Positions 46,996-60,919 of a stretch of DNA of 64,000 nt are shown in pieces. Each line of letters starts with the position of its first letter. The stretch's first letter is position 1. The stretch comes from Octopus vulgaris. Its lineage: Eukaryota. The stretch covers positions 44,640,001 through 44,704,000 of the forward strand of contig OX597836.1 in NCBI GenBank assembly GCA_951406725.2, given 5' to 3'. A program made the translations under genes and the position numbers. The notes below the pieces were generated by a model. That model did not search any database. It worked only from the letters and a program-made list of their open reading frames with translations, and was not told the DNA's origin.

Positions 46996-48260
46996 CAGGG
47001 GTTGGACAAAATAATGGAAACACCTTAAAATTTCAAACAAATTTATTTCAATATGGGGCAGGACTGCCTTTGGCAGTAATTACAGTTTGAATTCTACAAG
47101 GTATAGACTCGTACAAAGTTTGAATTGTTCCCAAAGGAATTTTTGTCCATTCTTCAGCTAAAACAGTCTCCAGTTCTTGTAGAGATGATGATGGTGGAGG
47201 ATATCGACTCCTTGCTTGTTTTTCTTAAATGTTCAACAATATTGAGTTCTGGGAACTGTGGTGGTCAGATAAGATGTTCAACTTCACTAGAATGTTCCTC
47301 GTGCCATTCATTAACAACTTTAGCTGTGTGAATTGGTGCATTATCATCCTGAAAGATAGCATTTCCCCCCAGAAACAGTTCTGCAAACATAGGATGAATT
47401 TGATCAGATAAAATGCTTAAATAGTCTTGACTATTAATTCTGCTATGAAGGGAGACCATTGGGCCGGCGGATTTCCAAGATATAGCCCCACCCCCCAGAT
47501 CATCACAGATCCTCCCCCATGTTTAACAGTTGGAAGAAGGCAGTCTGGGTCAAATTCTTCTTTTGGTTGTCTCTACACGTATACTTGACCGGTGGTTGGA
47601 AATAAGGTAAAGGATGTCTTGTCCGAGAAAATAACATTCTTCAACTGCTCTCGGGACCAATTCTGTAGGTTTTTACTTCACTCTAAACGTTTTGCAACAT
47701 TCGTTTTTGAAAGTTGTGGTTTTCTGATTGCAGCCCTCCTGTGAAATCCAGCTTTGTGCAACTCCTTGCAAAGTGAACAGTTTTTGTGGAAACTGGGTTC
47801 TGGAGGTGGTCATTAAGCTCTGCAGTAATTTTGGGAGCTGTACTTTTGTGATCCTTTCTAACAATTTGCGTAATAGTTCCGATGATCCCTATCTGAAACT
47901 TTTGGTTTTCTTCCGGAGTTTTGTTTTGATGAGGATGTTCTTCCCTCTTTCGCAAAGGCTGTCATTACTTTCGAGACAGTACTTCTTGATAAACCAAACA
48001 TTTCAGCTGTTTCCATTATGCTAGTGCCTGCCATACGAGCACCAACAATTTGACCTCTTCGAAAGTCCGATAGATCTGTCATTTTAATGAATTTCAATTT
48101 CCTTTCTCTGATGATATCTGCAAAGAAAGAGCAATTTTAGCAAAACTTAAGCAACACTAATAATAAATAAAAAAACATGAAAATAAACAAGCTTTTGATG
48201 GTTTTATAGATATTTCAAAATTATGATGCTAGGTGTTTCCATTATTTTGTCCAACCCTTG
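46996..48260 (-). mobile_element. Tc1/mariner DNA transposon, full length, with pseudogenised transposase
   Basis: 30-bp TIR CAGGGGTTGGACAAAATAATGGAAACACCT (one mismatch in the right copy), TA at left; fragments MTDLSDFRRGQIVGARMAG..., IFSDK, FQDDNAPIH, PELNIIEH with frameshifts. Confidence 0.92.
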
Positions 48261-48265
48261 TGTGT

Positions 48266-48307
<42 letters not shown>

Positions 48308-48310
<3 letters not shown>

Positions 48311-48863
48311 AAAGTATAGAAGCCATCTTATCATGGCTAACCACATTGGGGAGGGGGTGTTACTGTAGCTTTATAGCTCCAAGAGATCTTCGTCTCTAGC
48401 TGGCTCTAGACACAATATCTGTGTCCTTGGAGTATTTGCAAAGGGAGGCCATCCCTTCCTCGCAAGCCTGAGTGATACGCTCGAACTAGTTTCGGGATTG
48501 TTGTCCCTCGTCAACGGGTGGTAACCACCAGGTAGCGATGAACGTGATTATGCTTACTGTTCGTTTTTCGACATCAGTGGCAGACGCCATTAGAAAAACT
48601 TATATCTATTTGCAAAGGAGCCTTCACTTTCATCGCTACCTGGTGGTTACCGCCCATTGACGAGGGACAACAATCCTGAAACTAGTTCGAGCGTATCACT
48701 CAGGCTTGCGAGGAAGGGATGGCCTCCCTTTGCAAATACTCCAAGGACACAGATATTGTGTCTAGAGCCAGCTAGAGACGAAGATCTCTTGGAGCTATAA
48801 AGCTACAGTAACACCCCCTCCCCAATGTGGTTAGCCATGATAAGATGGCTTCTATACTTTACA
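48308..48863. repeat. Young (TA)n-flanked fold-back element (~235-bp arms) with a hammerhead-like motif in each arm
   Basis: 48308-48542 inverted at 48629-48863 with few mismatches; TTGACGA GGGA caacaa TCC(C/T) GAAA CTAG TT at 48478-48520(-) and 48651-48693(+). Confidence 0.93.
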
Positions 48864-49157
48864 TTATCGAGCGATTACTGTTTCAATCTCATTCTGAGAT
48901 TTGATTATGCCTATATATATATATATACGATATAGCGTATATTTAAACACATAAGGAATCCACTTATAAGAATTCTACATGCTAGAAAGAACAGCTAGGT
49001 TCTATAACCACAAAAATTAAGGATAAAATTCGACAGGAACGAATTGAAAAATGATAAACATTTTACCATCTAGTTTCCTGGACCAATTGGTTTCTGATCT
49101 TATTTTAGCGAGTCAAGGAACTCGCTAGGTGTGATCTTAGCCGCAGTCCTTTGCTGG

Positions 49158-49189
<32 letters not shown>

Positions 49190-49518
49190 TCATCATCATC
49201 CATTGTTTAAAATCCGAGTTTTATCCCTGTTAACAGGGGTGGCCAGATCTACTTCAATGCCATAGTAACTGAGGTAGGTAGGTGCAGCCTACCCTAACCT
49301 TAAGGCTTGCTAGTGTCCATTCTCCCTTGCTGTCATGAGGCTTTTTTGGAGCTGCATTTTCTATGGGGAGCATGCCCTTGCTTACCCCCAACCTCAGTTC
49401 CTAGACATGAGTGGCCCCGAGACCAAGGCCTCTACCACAATTATTAAGAAATGTATTGGAAAACTACCTCAGGAAGGCAGAGACACTACTCCCCGAGACC
49501 CCTTTCGGAGCCCCCCTA

Positions 49519-49569
<51 letters not shown>

Positions 49570-49676
49570 GGGGTAATAGAATTTAATATATGTATGTGTG
49601 TGTGTCTGTATATATGTGTTTACCTGAAACATGCAACTGGTTCAATCATTATTTTTGTCTCTCTCTCTTATTATAG

Positions 49677-49742
49677 CTTGACCGTGTCCAGGATGGATTC
49701 TCTTTGATTGCTGATTACTTTGGCCGTGGTATTTTTAGTAAG
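49677..49742 (+). CDS. VPS11: VPS11 exon (VPS11_C)
   Basis: tag|...|gtttgt; LDRVQDGFSLIADYFGRGIFSK (recalled conserved motif FSVIADYFGRGVF). Confidence 0.95.
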
Positions 49743-50430
49743 GTTTGTAGTACTCACCTTTCTCAATAATTTCTCCTTTGTCCATTTGTACACATTATTC
49801 CCAGCTGACATGACCAAGTACACTTCTTTGGGCTCAAAGTTGTGTTCTTGAACAAGACACTTTATTTCACGTTATTCCAGTTCTCTCAGCTGTAGAATTG
49901 AGTTGCGGCAACACTGGTGCCGAGCCCTATTGGTGTTTGCCTTTCCTTGGGAAACATCAGTGGTATGGAAGAGGGGAGACTGGTATGCGTGGGCAAGTTC
50001 TAGTTTTCTATAAAACAACCCCTAGCCTCCTGAAGAAGGTCTTTACCCTTTAGTGTAACTGAATGCTAAAGGGTTTGTTCTTGGGTGTCTGTAGCAGAGT
50101 TCATTCTGTTGCAAGCATTCAGACCATATCTGAGGATAACTCAAAGTGCTGTGGCTTCTTGTCTTTTATGCACAAGTTCCAGAGATCCTGAAAAACTCAC
50201 TGGCACAGCCCTTACGTCTCTTGAGTAAGACATAAAAAAGAAAAAGAAATTACAATATAGGCACAGGAGTGGCTGTGTGGTAAGTAGCTTGCTAACCAAC
50301 CACATGGTTCCGGGTTCAGTCCCACTGCGTGGCATCTTGGGCAAGTGTCTTCTGCTATAGCCCTGGTCCGACCAATGCCTTGTGAGTGGATTTGGTAGAT
50401 GGAAACTGAAAGAAGCCCGTCGTATATATG

Positions 50431-50461
<31 letters not shown>

Positions 50462-50717
50462 TTGTCCCCCTAGCATTGCTTGACAACCGATGCTGGTGTG
50501 TTTACATCCCCGTCACTTAGCGGTTCGGCAAAAGAGACCGATAGAATAAGTACTGGGCTTACAAAGAATAAGTGCCGGGGTCGATTTGCTCGACTAAAGG
50601 CGGTGCTCCAGCATGGCCGCAGTCACATGACTGAAACGAGTAAAAGAGTAATAAAAATAATATCTTTTTATTTGTTTATTAATTTGTTTTTTCTCATTTC
50701 TTTTTATTTTTACCTAG

Positions 50718-50750
50718 AAATCTCCAATGAAAGAATATATTCAGCCTTGA
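50718..50750 (+). CDS. VPS11: Candidate VPS11 terminal coding exon (KSPMKEYIQP*)
   Basis: Strongest pyrimidine tract plus tag acceptor downstream of 49742; phase 0; TGA at 50748-50750; no recognisable homology; AATAAA at 51763. Confidence 0.5.
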   Translation, partial: KSPMKEYIQP

Positions 50751-51364
50751 AAGATTTCAATCAACCCAGTATGAATTCTGAACATGTCACCTGTCCCCTC
50801 TGGTGCTCTGGCCTTGAAACCGTATTTTAAGATGACACTTTGATGTCATATACCAGATTGACATCCGTACCATATATCTGTACAGTTATGTGATAAACCG
50901 CTTCCACCACCATGACCCTATTTGAGGCAAAGATAATGGTACCACTGAGAATTTCCTCCCCCTACTCCACCACCTTCTCTCGGGCAGTACAGGGTTCTTT
51001 ATCTTAATTCTTGCAAGTCTCAAAAGCTAGCTATTAGCATAATCAATCTGTGATCCCTAAATTGGAAATGAATAAGGAATGTTTCTTGACATTCCCTATT
51101 CATTTCCATTGCATTGTACCTTAAACATTCCCTGGTTGCACTTCATGAGACCACAAGACCACTTCTTCGTTAATTCTCAAATTCTAGTCAATTTCTATCA
51201 AATTAATTAAGGCCATCAATGTATTGTATTTATTCCGTTTTCTTTTTCTCGTTACCAATTATTGTTTTCAAACTTTTTGCTAAATTTAACGATATTTTAA
51301 GTTTTATGCATCCATGATTAAGTTTTTTTTTTTTTGGTTTTTGGAAAAGTCTTATGGTTTAAAT

Positions 51365-51672
51365 CAGTGGTTCTCAAACCAGGACCCCACATGGCCCCTG
51401 AGGGTCCACATAACAAAATAGTAAACCAGGGATTCTCAATGATATTCTAAGAGCCCCTACAAAAATGTTGCTTTAGATGTATTGCAAGAAACAGCCAGGT
51501 TGCTTCTTTCTCTAACATTTCAAATAGTTCAACCTACACAAGTGTATGTGCGAAAAACAAAATTGCAATTTTAAAAGAAGCTTCTATAAAACTAGTTTTT
51601 AAACATCGAATAGCAGTGAAGCTCCACCAGAATAAAATAATCAAAGGGATAAAATATGATTGAGAACCCCTG
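51365..51672. mobile_element. hAT-type MITE
   Basis: CAGTGGTTCTCAA / TTGAGAACCCCTG; 8-bp TSD GTTTAAAT / GTTTACAT. Confidence 0.75.
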
Positions 51673-51823
51673 GTTTACATAGTTAATCATTTAACATACA
51701 CATATACACTATTAGTAAATAATATATCAAATAATCGGAAACACAATAGGTCTGTACATTGTAATAAATCCAACAGAAATCTGAAGCTTGTTTTTTTTCT
51801 TTAGAATTGTGTTTTATAAATGA

Positions 51824-52216
51824 CTAGCAGTATCGCCTGGCGTTGCTCGGGTTTGTAAGGGAAATAACTATATAAGCATTTTTAGAGAGTTACTTCCCTT
51901 ATATAATAGCAAAAAATGCATTAAAAATGGGAAAAAAATGATGGTAAATTTTTTTTTAAATCGTTGACTCATCGTAGACATTTTTAGATAGTTACTTCCC
52001 TTATATAATAGCGAAAAAAAATGCAATAAAAATGGGATGGTAAATTTTTTTTTAAATCGTAGACTCATTGTAGACGCGCGCTAATACCCAGAAGGGCTCG
52101 ATATGAATCACGACTATAAGATACCCGGTTAAACTGCACCACAAAATGTGGGAGTAGTTAGGAATCTAAATCGTAGGAGACAGACAGCACACAACCTCAC
52201 TTTACTATAAAGAAGA
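51824..52216 (-). mobile_element. Helitron family 1 copy
   Basis: CTAG at 51824; reverse-complement body. Confidence 0.8.
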
Positions 52217-52539
52217 TATAGTAATAACAATTGTCAATACTTTCACTTTTTTTTTTTTTTTTTACTGTATTTCTAAACATGGTGTACCATAATTTAAAAC
52301 ATGTGGTAATTAATAGAAAGCACAATGTATACGACATTAAATCTGAATGTAATTAACAATCAATGAAGATAATTTATGACTATTGACATAGTGTTAATAA
52401 CTGAAACAGTACAATTACTGAACATTACGATTCATGTAACCATATTTCTTGATAACAAATCTATCATGTGGTTGATTATCAGTAAATTGAGTTTATTGAT
52501 ACTGTGACATAGATAGAAATAATAAAGTATACTAAGGGC

Positions 52540-52571
<32 letters not shown>

Positions 52572-53526
52572 ATATATATCTAATATAGGATACAATTTTT
52601 CGAAAAAAATTCAATGGTCAGCATATTAAAAAAAATACCTTTAAAAGTTAAATTTATGTTTATATGTGTGTGTGTGTGTGTATGTATATATATATATATA
52701 TATATGTGTGTGTATGTATGTGTGTGTGTGTGTGATTTTAGAAAGGGTAGAATATAAAAGCTTTCACTTTTATATTAATAACTATGGAAGACTGATGGGA
52801 ATATAATCTGCATGGACTTCGAGGGCTAGGTTGCTATTTAGTTAGATAATTTCGAAGTTAGTTATAGGTTTACTAATTAAATTTATTTACCGATACTGTT
52901 TTCGTACATAGGGTAAATGTGCTCCTTTGTTGTAATTTAATTAATGTTAGTTTATATTCCTTCCTAGAATTAAGATTGTATGGATGTGGTTATATCTGAG
53001 GTCTGTTTGTTCCCAAACAACACATATTTTAGTGCTGTTGACACTACCGGATTGAGTGGTATTGCCCAGGTGTCAAAACCATAGTGAGATCTGTGAGGCA
53101 GCTGATGATGGGGGTATGTTGGGTTGTTCGTATGGCTGTTATTCTATGTGCAGAATAGTTTTATAAGACTTCTATTTGATTATATATATAATGTTTCCCT
53201 TTTAGTTTGTGTATAACAAACCAAATGTGAATATCTGTATATAAGGATATATGCAGAGAAATTAGTGTATATATATATATATATGCAAGATTTGCACTAA
53301 AAAAATAATCCCAACTAGTTTTTCAATATGCCTAGAATTATTAGCACTCTGGGCAAAATGCTTAGTGGCATTTCATCTGTCTCCATGCTCTGAGCTCAAA
53401 TTCCGTTGAGATTGACTTTGCCTTTCATCCTTCCATAAAATAAGTACCAGCTGACCACTGGGATTGATGTAATCAACCTACCACCCACTTCCCCTGAAAT
53501 TGCTGGCATTATACCAAAACGTGAAG

Positions 53527-53563
<37 letters not shown>

Positions 53564-54611
53564 AGGTGGCAAGCTGGCAGAATCATTAGCACACCTGGGA
53601 AAATACTTAGTGTCATTTGTTCTCTCTTTATATGCTGAATTCAAATTCCACCAAGGTCAACTTTGCTTTCATCCTTTCAGGGTCAATAAAGTACCAGTTG
53701 AGCACTGGAGTCAATGTAATAGACTAGTCCCACCCCCATCCCAAATTTCTGGCCTTGTACCTTTAGTAGAAAGGATTACTATTACGATACAAAATTCGTT
53801 CATAGTTTAGATGGTATACTCTTTTACTTGTTTCAGTCATTTGACTGCGGCCATGCTGGAGCACCGCCTTTAATCGAGCAACTCGACCCCGGGACTTATT
53901 CTTTTGTAAGCCCAGTACTTATTCTATCGGTCTCTTTTGCCAAACCGCTAAGTAACGGGGACATAAACACACCAGCATCGGTTGTCAAGCAATGCTAGGG
54001 GGACAAACACAGACACACAAACAAACACACATACATACATATATAAATATATATATGTATATGTACGACAGGCTTCTTTCAGTTTCCGTCTACCAAATCC
54101 ACTCACAAGGCTTTGGTCGGCCCGAGGCTATAGCAGAAGACACTTGCCCAAGATGCCACGCAGCGGGACTGAACCCGGAACCATGTGGTTGGTTAGCAAG
54201 CTACTTACCACACAACTACTCCTGCGCCTATTTGAGTATAAATCTGAATCTTTTAGCCACAATTATATATGGGTGGTGTAAATGCTGAAGGGTGAAAAGA
54301 TGTTAAAGGGTTGAACAATGAAGAGGGAGAATGAAAAGAGAATCCATTTTTTTCAACGTATTCTGAAAAAATATGTATAAATTATGTTTCGTTTTTTAGT
54401 GTGTACTTATGTATGTATATATAACATAAACCAGAAGGCATGTAAATAATTCTGTTCGAAAATATATGTAAATAATTAGGATATATAATTAGTGTTACTG
54501 TAAAATAAACCCAGCATTATTTTTGAACAGGATTAAATATGTGTGTGTGTGTGTGTCTTGTTGTGCAGAATTGATTCATAGCTCTGCTGCGTATGTAAAG
54601 AATGTAATTAA

Positions 54612-55329
54612 CCCTTTCGTTATTGTATTTATTTTGAGATGCTCTGTGTTTCTTTCAATTACTTTAAATATAACAAAGAATTTAGTAAAATAACTTAGTT
54701 ATCATTCAGCTAGTGTTGGGAATATAAATTGGGATTAAGGTTTGGTGGAAGATTTTAATTGAAAACTTATGAAAACAAGACATTTGTATTACAGTGTCAG
54801 AGTCGGTTCTGGCCGGGTTGGTAACGAAAGGGTTAAATATAACAAAGAATTTAATAAAATAACTTAGTTATCATTCAGCTACTGTTAGGATCATAAATTG
54901 GGATTAAGGTTTGGTGGAAGATTTTAATTGAAAACTTATGAAAACAAGACATTTGTATTACAGTGTCAGAGTCGGTTCTGGCCGGGTTGGTAACGAAAGG
55001 GTTAAATATAACAAAGAATTTAATAAAATAACTTAGTTATCATTCAGCTACTGTTAGGATCATAAATTGGGATTAAGGTTTGGTGGAAGATTTTAATTGA
55101 AAACTTATGAAAACAAGACATTTGTATTACAGTGTCAGAGTCGGTTCTGGCCGGGTTGGTAACGAAAGGGTTAAATATAACAAAGAATTTATTAAAATAA
55201 CTTAGTTATCATTAAGCTAGTGTTAAGAACATAAATTGCAACTAAGGTTTGGTGGAAGATTTTAATGAAAAACTTATGAAAACAAGACATTTGTACTAAA
55301 GAGCCAGAGCCGGGTTGGTAACGAAAGGG
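54612..55329. repeat. Tandem array derived from piggyBac MITE family 2 (169-bp period)
   Basis: One left end and four right ends; TTAA at 54664, 54833, 55002, 55171, 55330. Confidence 0.92.
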
Positions 55330-55639
55330 TTAATGTCCAACATAGTGTTGACAATTGTGCATATATCACAACATAAAAACACACTATACTACACAACCAT
55401 ACAATGAATGCTGGGGACATTTGGATTAAAATTGTAATAAACTAGTTTAGTTTCAAGATACTTCTCACAGGCGTTCTAGGATTGGTGATATTCCTTGAGT
55501 CTTAAAGGGATGCCGCCAGGTCCTTCAACTTCAAATTCTCTCATTCGGTTGATCGAGTCACAGATTGAATCCCAGCAGCATCATGCCACAATTCTGCCCC
55601 CTTTTTTTTTTTTATCTTGTGTAGTATTCTTTGCAGCTT

Positions 55640-55870
55640 CTGTAATGAATGCATGCCTTGCTCCCTCTCTTTCCTGGAAAACCAATCGGAACTTTGCAAA
55701 CCAACCCCCCAATAAATTCCTAGCAGCCTACTTCAAATCGATCACAGCATATACTCCCAGCCTTGGCTTCTGCACTGCTCTGCTGATTCCCACTTTTTGG
55801 CAAGCTTTCTCTCAAGAGCCTCCTTCTATGCGTTCTTCCCAAAGCTCAAGTCAGCTTGTCACAGGATCTC
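55640..55870 (-). mobile_element. Decayed HERO/NeSL-like RLE endonuclease relic
   Basis: Fragments WEERIE, ALERKLAK, EQCRSQGW, FEVGC across frameshifts. Confidence 0.55.
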
Positions 55871-58800
55871 GCCTGCTTTAGTGAAATCTAAAAAGATGAC
55901 TATGTCTAGCTAGGCAGAGTGTCATTAGTATGATGTGCTCTGGGAACTTAATGTATGTGTGTATGTATTTATTCACTGTGAGATTTTTTTTTTTTTTTTG
56001 CATGACTCTTAGTGTTTCTGTCAAGCGTCATGGAAAAAAAAATTTAATCTTGTGAGTCACTTGAGAGAATTGTGGCTGATAAATAAAGAAATATATATAC
56101 TTTTGTGAATTGAATTCTATTTTCCTTGTTTGTACCACCAAAACTTTATATCTATGTCTCTATGAGTGTGCATGTGTATATATATATATACACACATAAA
56201 TGATGAAAATGAGTGCTCAACACTGCATTGGTGGATAGAATTTTTAAATTTGTGTATTAAGGCTACCATTGGTTTCCTTTTAAGAAATATCTTAATTTTT
56301 CAAGCCGATCACATGGATCATATATACGTATGTATGTATGTATGTATGTATATATTCTTCAAAAACACACAAATTAACTAACGCAATATTAAAATCAGTG
56401 TTTTTAAAACAGCTTTCATTGTTAATACTAACGACTGAAATTCAGTTCAATTAATACATAAGAATGCTAATAAAACGACCTTTTGACGAATGTATGTCAC
56501 CGTTGGTGACAAAGAGAACAACTGAATATTATTATTATTATTCAATAAATTGAAATTGATTTATCTCTTTTTTTTTTACTTACTGACTTCAGTTCGTTGC
56601 ATGTGTGTCACTGGGTGCTCAAATATATTTCACTGTGGATGTGAGTGAGTGTAACAATATGCTCTAAAATGTCTTTTTTTTTGTGAGTGTTTGTCAGTTA
56701 GTATGAGTGCAGGGGCTGTATCATGGCCTTGACAATTAGCGAGAAATATCATTTAATGTCCCTTTTTATTTTAACATGCTTACCATGGGTCACGTAGAAA
56801 TTGTTGAGGTATATTTTCTACAGCTGGATGCCTTTCCTCTCACCAACCCTACGTTTCCTGTGGATCTCTCATCGGTCCCAAATAAGATGGCGATGTTAAC
56901 TTGAGATCACATGATTCAAAGGGACAGAATGCAATAACAGAACTATTGCACTGATGAACCCCTGTTGTGAAATCCTACTAAAATCATCTCAAACAGAATA
57001 AAAACAAGGCCAGAAGAAATTCGTGAAGAACAGGTGGGGGTTTGACTCTTTACTGTTTGCATTATTCTGCCAAAATTAATCCTTTTTTATCCACATTGCC
57101 TTGAACTAATCAGGCATTAATCTTGTAGCTATGAGATTTTGATGAGGTAGCTGTTAATTTTTAAAATGACATTGTAGGGTTGGTGTGAGAGACCAGATCT
57201 GGCCCAGTTTGAACATAAAACAGGCCGAATACTTTTGGCCGGATATGGCCAGTTTAAATGCTAAAAGGTTAAACCCAGAAGAGGAACAAGAAACCAGATA
57301 TTGGACATTAAAATGGTAACTGTAAAAAAATCATAAATTGAAGAATGATGGATATTAAAATTAAGCATAGACCTATGACGATTATTAGGTAAAGACTGCC
57401 TTCAGTCATGAATGACCATGGGATTGCAGCTAGAAAGTTTCTCTCTGAGACAAAAGTCCAGGCAAGGTTGGAACCTGGTGCATACTTTACACCTTTTGAG
57501 CTCTACAAACTTGAAACCAAACAATTGTTGAGAAAAAGATGGAGGCTACATGTAAATTTAGACCCCTTTCGGTCATACATGATCATGGAATTGCACCTAG
57601 AAAATTCCCTTCCAAAGCATAAGTCCAGGTAAAGTTGTTTATGGAAAACCAGCAGTTCCCCTCTCCACACCACCAATATTATCCAAGGGAAAGGCTAAGG
57701 GGTCGATACAGCTTGGCACCAGAGACATTGCAACACATTTCTACAGCTGAATGGAACTGGGACAACATGAAATAAAGTGTCTTGCCCAAGAAATACAACA
57801 TACAACCCAGTCCAGGAATTGAACTCGCTATCTCATGGTTGTGAGCCTGATGCTCTCACCACTAAATCAAGTGCCTTCACATATCTATTAGGTAGTAGAC
57901 AGGTAACTGGTATTTCTAATGTAAGGCGGCGAGCTGGCAGAAACGTTAGCATGCCGGGTGAAATGCTTAGCGGTATTTCGTCTCTACTGTTCAAATTCCG
58001 CCAAGGTCGACTTTGCCTTTCATCCTTTCGGGGTGGATAAATTAAGTACCAGTTACGCACTGGGGTCGATGTAATCGACTTAAAACCTATGTCTGTCCTT
58101 GTTTGTCCCCTCTATGTTTAGCCCCTTGTGGGTAGTAAAGAAATAGGTATTTCTAATGTAAGCTCCAATTATAATATTGCACACAACATATGTATGTAAA
58201 AGCAAAGGTGGACTGACAGAATTGTTAGCTCACCTGTCCAAAAATGCTTAGCGGCATTTCGTCTGTCTTTACATTCAGAGTTCAAATTCTGTCATGGGTG
58301 GCTTTGCCTTGGTAAAGTGAGGACCAGTTGAGAACTGGGGTCGCTGTAATCAACTTAATCCCTCCCTTATGCCAAAATTTGAAGCCAATATGTAAAGCAT
58401 ATATCTATGAATATTTAACCCCCTTAGCCTTCAGATTACTCTGTCAAATGCAATGCTTAAATATTCATGTCATTTTCAATTGATATTGCATTATTTCATA
58501 CCTTTGGGAATTGGTGTGTGGTAAGTAGCTTGCTAACCAACCACATGGTTCCGGGTTCAGTCCCACTGCGTGGCATCTTGGGTGTGTCTTCTGCTATAGC
58601 CCGGGCCGACCAATGCCTTGTGAGTGGATTTGGTGAACTAAGCCTGTCATATATATATACCACAGGAGTGGCTGTGTGGTGTAGTTAACCAACCACGGGT
58701 TCAGTCCCACTGCGTGGCATCTTGGGCAAGTGTCTTCTGCTATAGCCCCGGGCCGACCAATGCCTTGCGAGTGGATTTGGTAGACAGTTGCCTCAACAGG

Positions 58801-59012
58801 TCTTCACAAGTAGAGTTTTGTGTCCCAAGAAGGAAAGGTATGCATAAGTGGACTGATGCCATGGGTTATGGTCTCACTTGTCCTGCCAGGTCTTCTCACG
58901 CACAGCATACTTCCAAAGGTCTTGGTCTCCAGTCATTTCCTCGGTGAGACCTGTTTTTAATAAACAGCTATGAGAGCGAGGAACAGTGGCCCTCTTGTTT
59001 CATTGCCTAGAA

Positions 59013-59642
59013 CAGTGATTCCCAAACGTCTTCAGGCTGCCGCCCCATTGACATCCAGGCCACATTCCTAGTGCCCCCACCCCAACTAACCATCACAAAC
59101 ATAGACCTCTTTCTGGAGCAAATTCAAAACAACTGTATTTCACAAATAAAACTTAACCTGGAGTGGCTGTGTGGTAAGTAGCTTACTTATGAACCAGATG
59201 GTTCAGGGTTCAGTCCCACTGCATGGCACCTTGGGCAAGTGTCTTCTACTATAGCCTCATGCCGACCAAAGCCTTGTTAGTGGATTTGGTAGACGGAAAC
59301 TGAAAGAAGCCCAGCATATGTATGTATGTGTGTCCCCCCCAACATCGCTTGACAACCGATGCTGGTGTGTTTACATCCCCATAACTTAGCAGTTCGGCAA
59401 AAGAGACTGATAGAGTAGGCTTACAAAGAATAAGTCTTGGGGGTCAATTTGCTCGACTAAAGGCGATGCTCCAGCATAGCCACAGTCAAATGACTGAAAC
59501 AAGTAAAAGAGTAATGAACCCATTATTTTGTTTTTACATAAATCACTACCCCACTATCACCCCACTTTTCTTCAATGCTCTCCCGGAACTTTCCACCACC
59601 CCTAGGGGCAGAAGGGAATACCGCCCACTTTGGAAATCACTG
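59013..59642. mobile_element. hAT-type MITE with a family A SINE inside
   Basis: CAGTGATTCCCAAA / TTTGGAAATCACTG; degenerate 8-bp TSD. Confidence 0.65.
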
Positions 59643-59649
59643 GCCAAGA

Positions 59650-60235
59650 GGTATAGACACCTGGATACCTATAAGAAAACATCCAGTAAGAGCAATCTGA
59701 GCTGCTGTAAGTCCACAATTAATCTGTCAACACAAATATTGGATTTTAACAAGAATCCAGATGGAAAGAGGTCTAGAAAGGAGTCATTGGGGTAAGAACA
59801 ACCTCAGGCCTCCACACTGAATAGAGGACCTTACAAGGTATACAAGAACTGCACCAGGATGCTTCACAGACAGGAAAATTCTGAAGGTGATATGGAAGAT
59901 AGGCAAGATGGGGCATCTGTGGAGGTGCATTGAAGGAGTGTGGATTCCTAAGAGTTGCTCAACATTGTTCAGTTCAGATCTATGTCACTGCTAAGTGTTG
60001 AGGAGAAGATATTCTTCAAACTCTGTTGCCAGGTGCCTGACAGACTACCTTCTATATCACACCCACATAGTTAGTTTGGCCCAGTAAGGAGGGAATTCCG
60101 AATGCACCAGGGTGTCTGGAGCACGTGCATCACCACCCAGTTGATCAGGAAACCTGAGAGATAAGAGGAAAGCGAGAATACTATAGATGAACCTGGCAAA
60201 CACATTTGGTGGAAGAGGCACCATGTTGCAATCGG
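59650..60235 (+). mobile_element. Decayed HERO-clade non-LTR RT relic
   Basis: PYKVYKNC...ILKVIWKIGK...EGVWIPK...QFRSMSLLSVEEKIFF...PGCLEH...NLANTFG across stops and frameshifts. Confidence 0.65.
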
Positions 60236-60919
60236 GTTTAGGGGTCTCGCTGAGCTGGCAGAAATGTTAGCATGCCAGGCAAAATGCCTAGCAGTATTTC
60301 GTCTGCCACTACATTCTGAGTTCAAATTCCACCGAGGTCGACTTTGCCTTTCATCCTTTCGGGGTCAATTAAATAAGTACCAGTTACACACTGGGGTCAA
60401 TATAATCGACTTAATCCGTTTGTCTGTCCTTGTTTGTCCTCTCTGTGTTCAGCCCCTTGTGGGTAGTAAAGAAATAGGTATTTCGTTTGCCACTACGTTC
60501 TGAGTTCAAATTCCACCGAGGTCGACTTTGCCTTTCATCCTTTCGGGGTCGATTAAATAAGTACCAGTTACACACTGGGGTCAATATTATCGACTTAATC
60601 CGTTTGTCTGTCCTTGTTTGTCCCTTCTGTGTTTAGCCCCTTGTGGGCAGTAAAGGAATAGGTTTAGGGGTCTCATTCTGGACTACTATAACAGCTCTAT
60701 TGGATATACCTTTTCCAATTATCCTTTTTTTCCTCTTCACCAGGAATATGTCGGTAAAGTCTGCTGAGATTCAGTACAGAATGCTCAGTAAATTATAGAG
60801 TGCTTGGGATGCAGTGTCTCATGGAAGAGCTGAAGTCAGCCTGGGAGAAGTACTAAACTATGTTACAAACTCCATTATTTACAATTGATGGATATTTGTC
60901 CTCATCTAGTTTGTTGTTA

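Noticed and set aside
52300-59000. A second protein-coding gene downstream of VPS11
   Set aside because: No recognisable protein motifs or frame-consistent exon chain found; only repeats and AT-rich sequence, though small exons could be missed by eye
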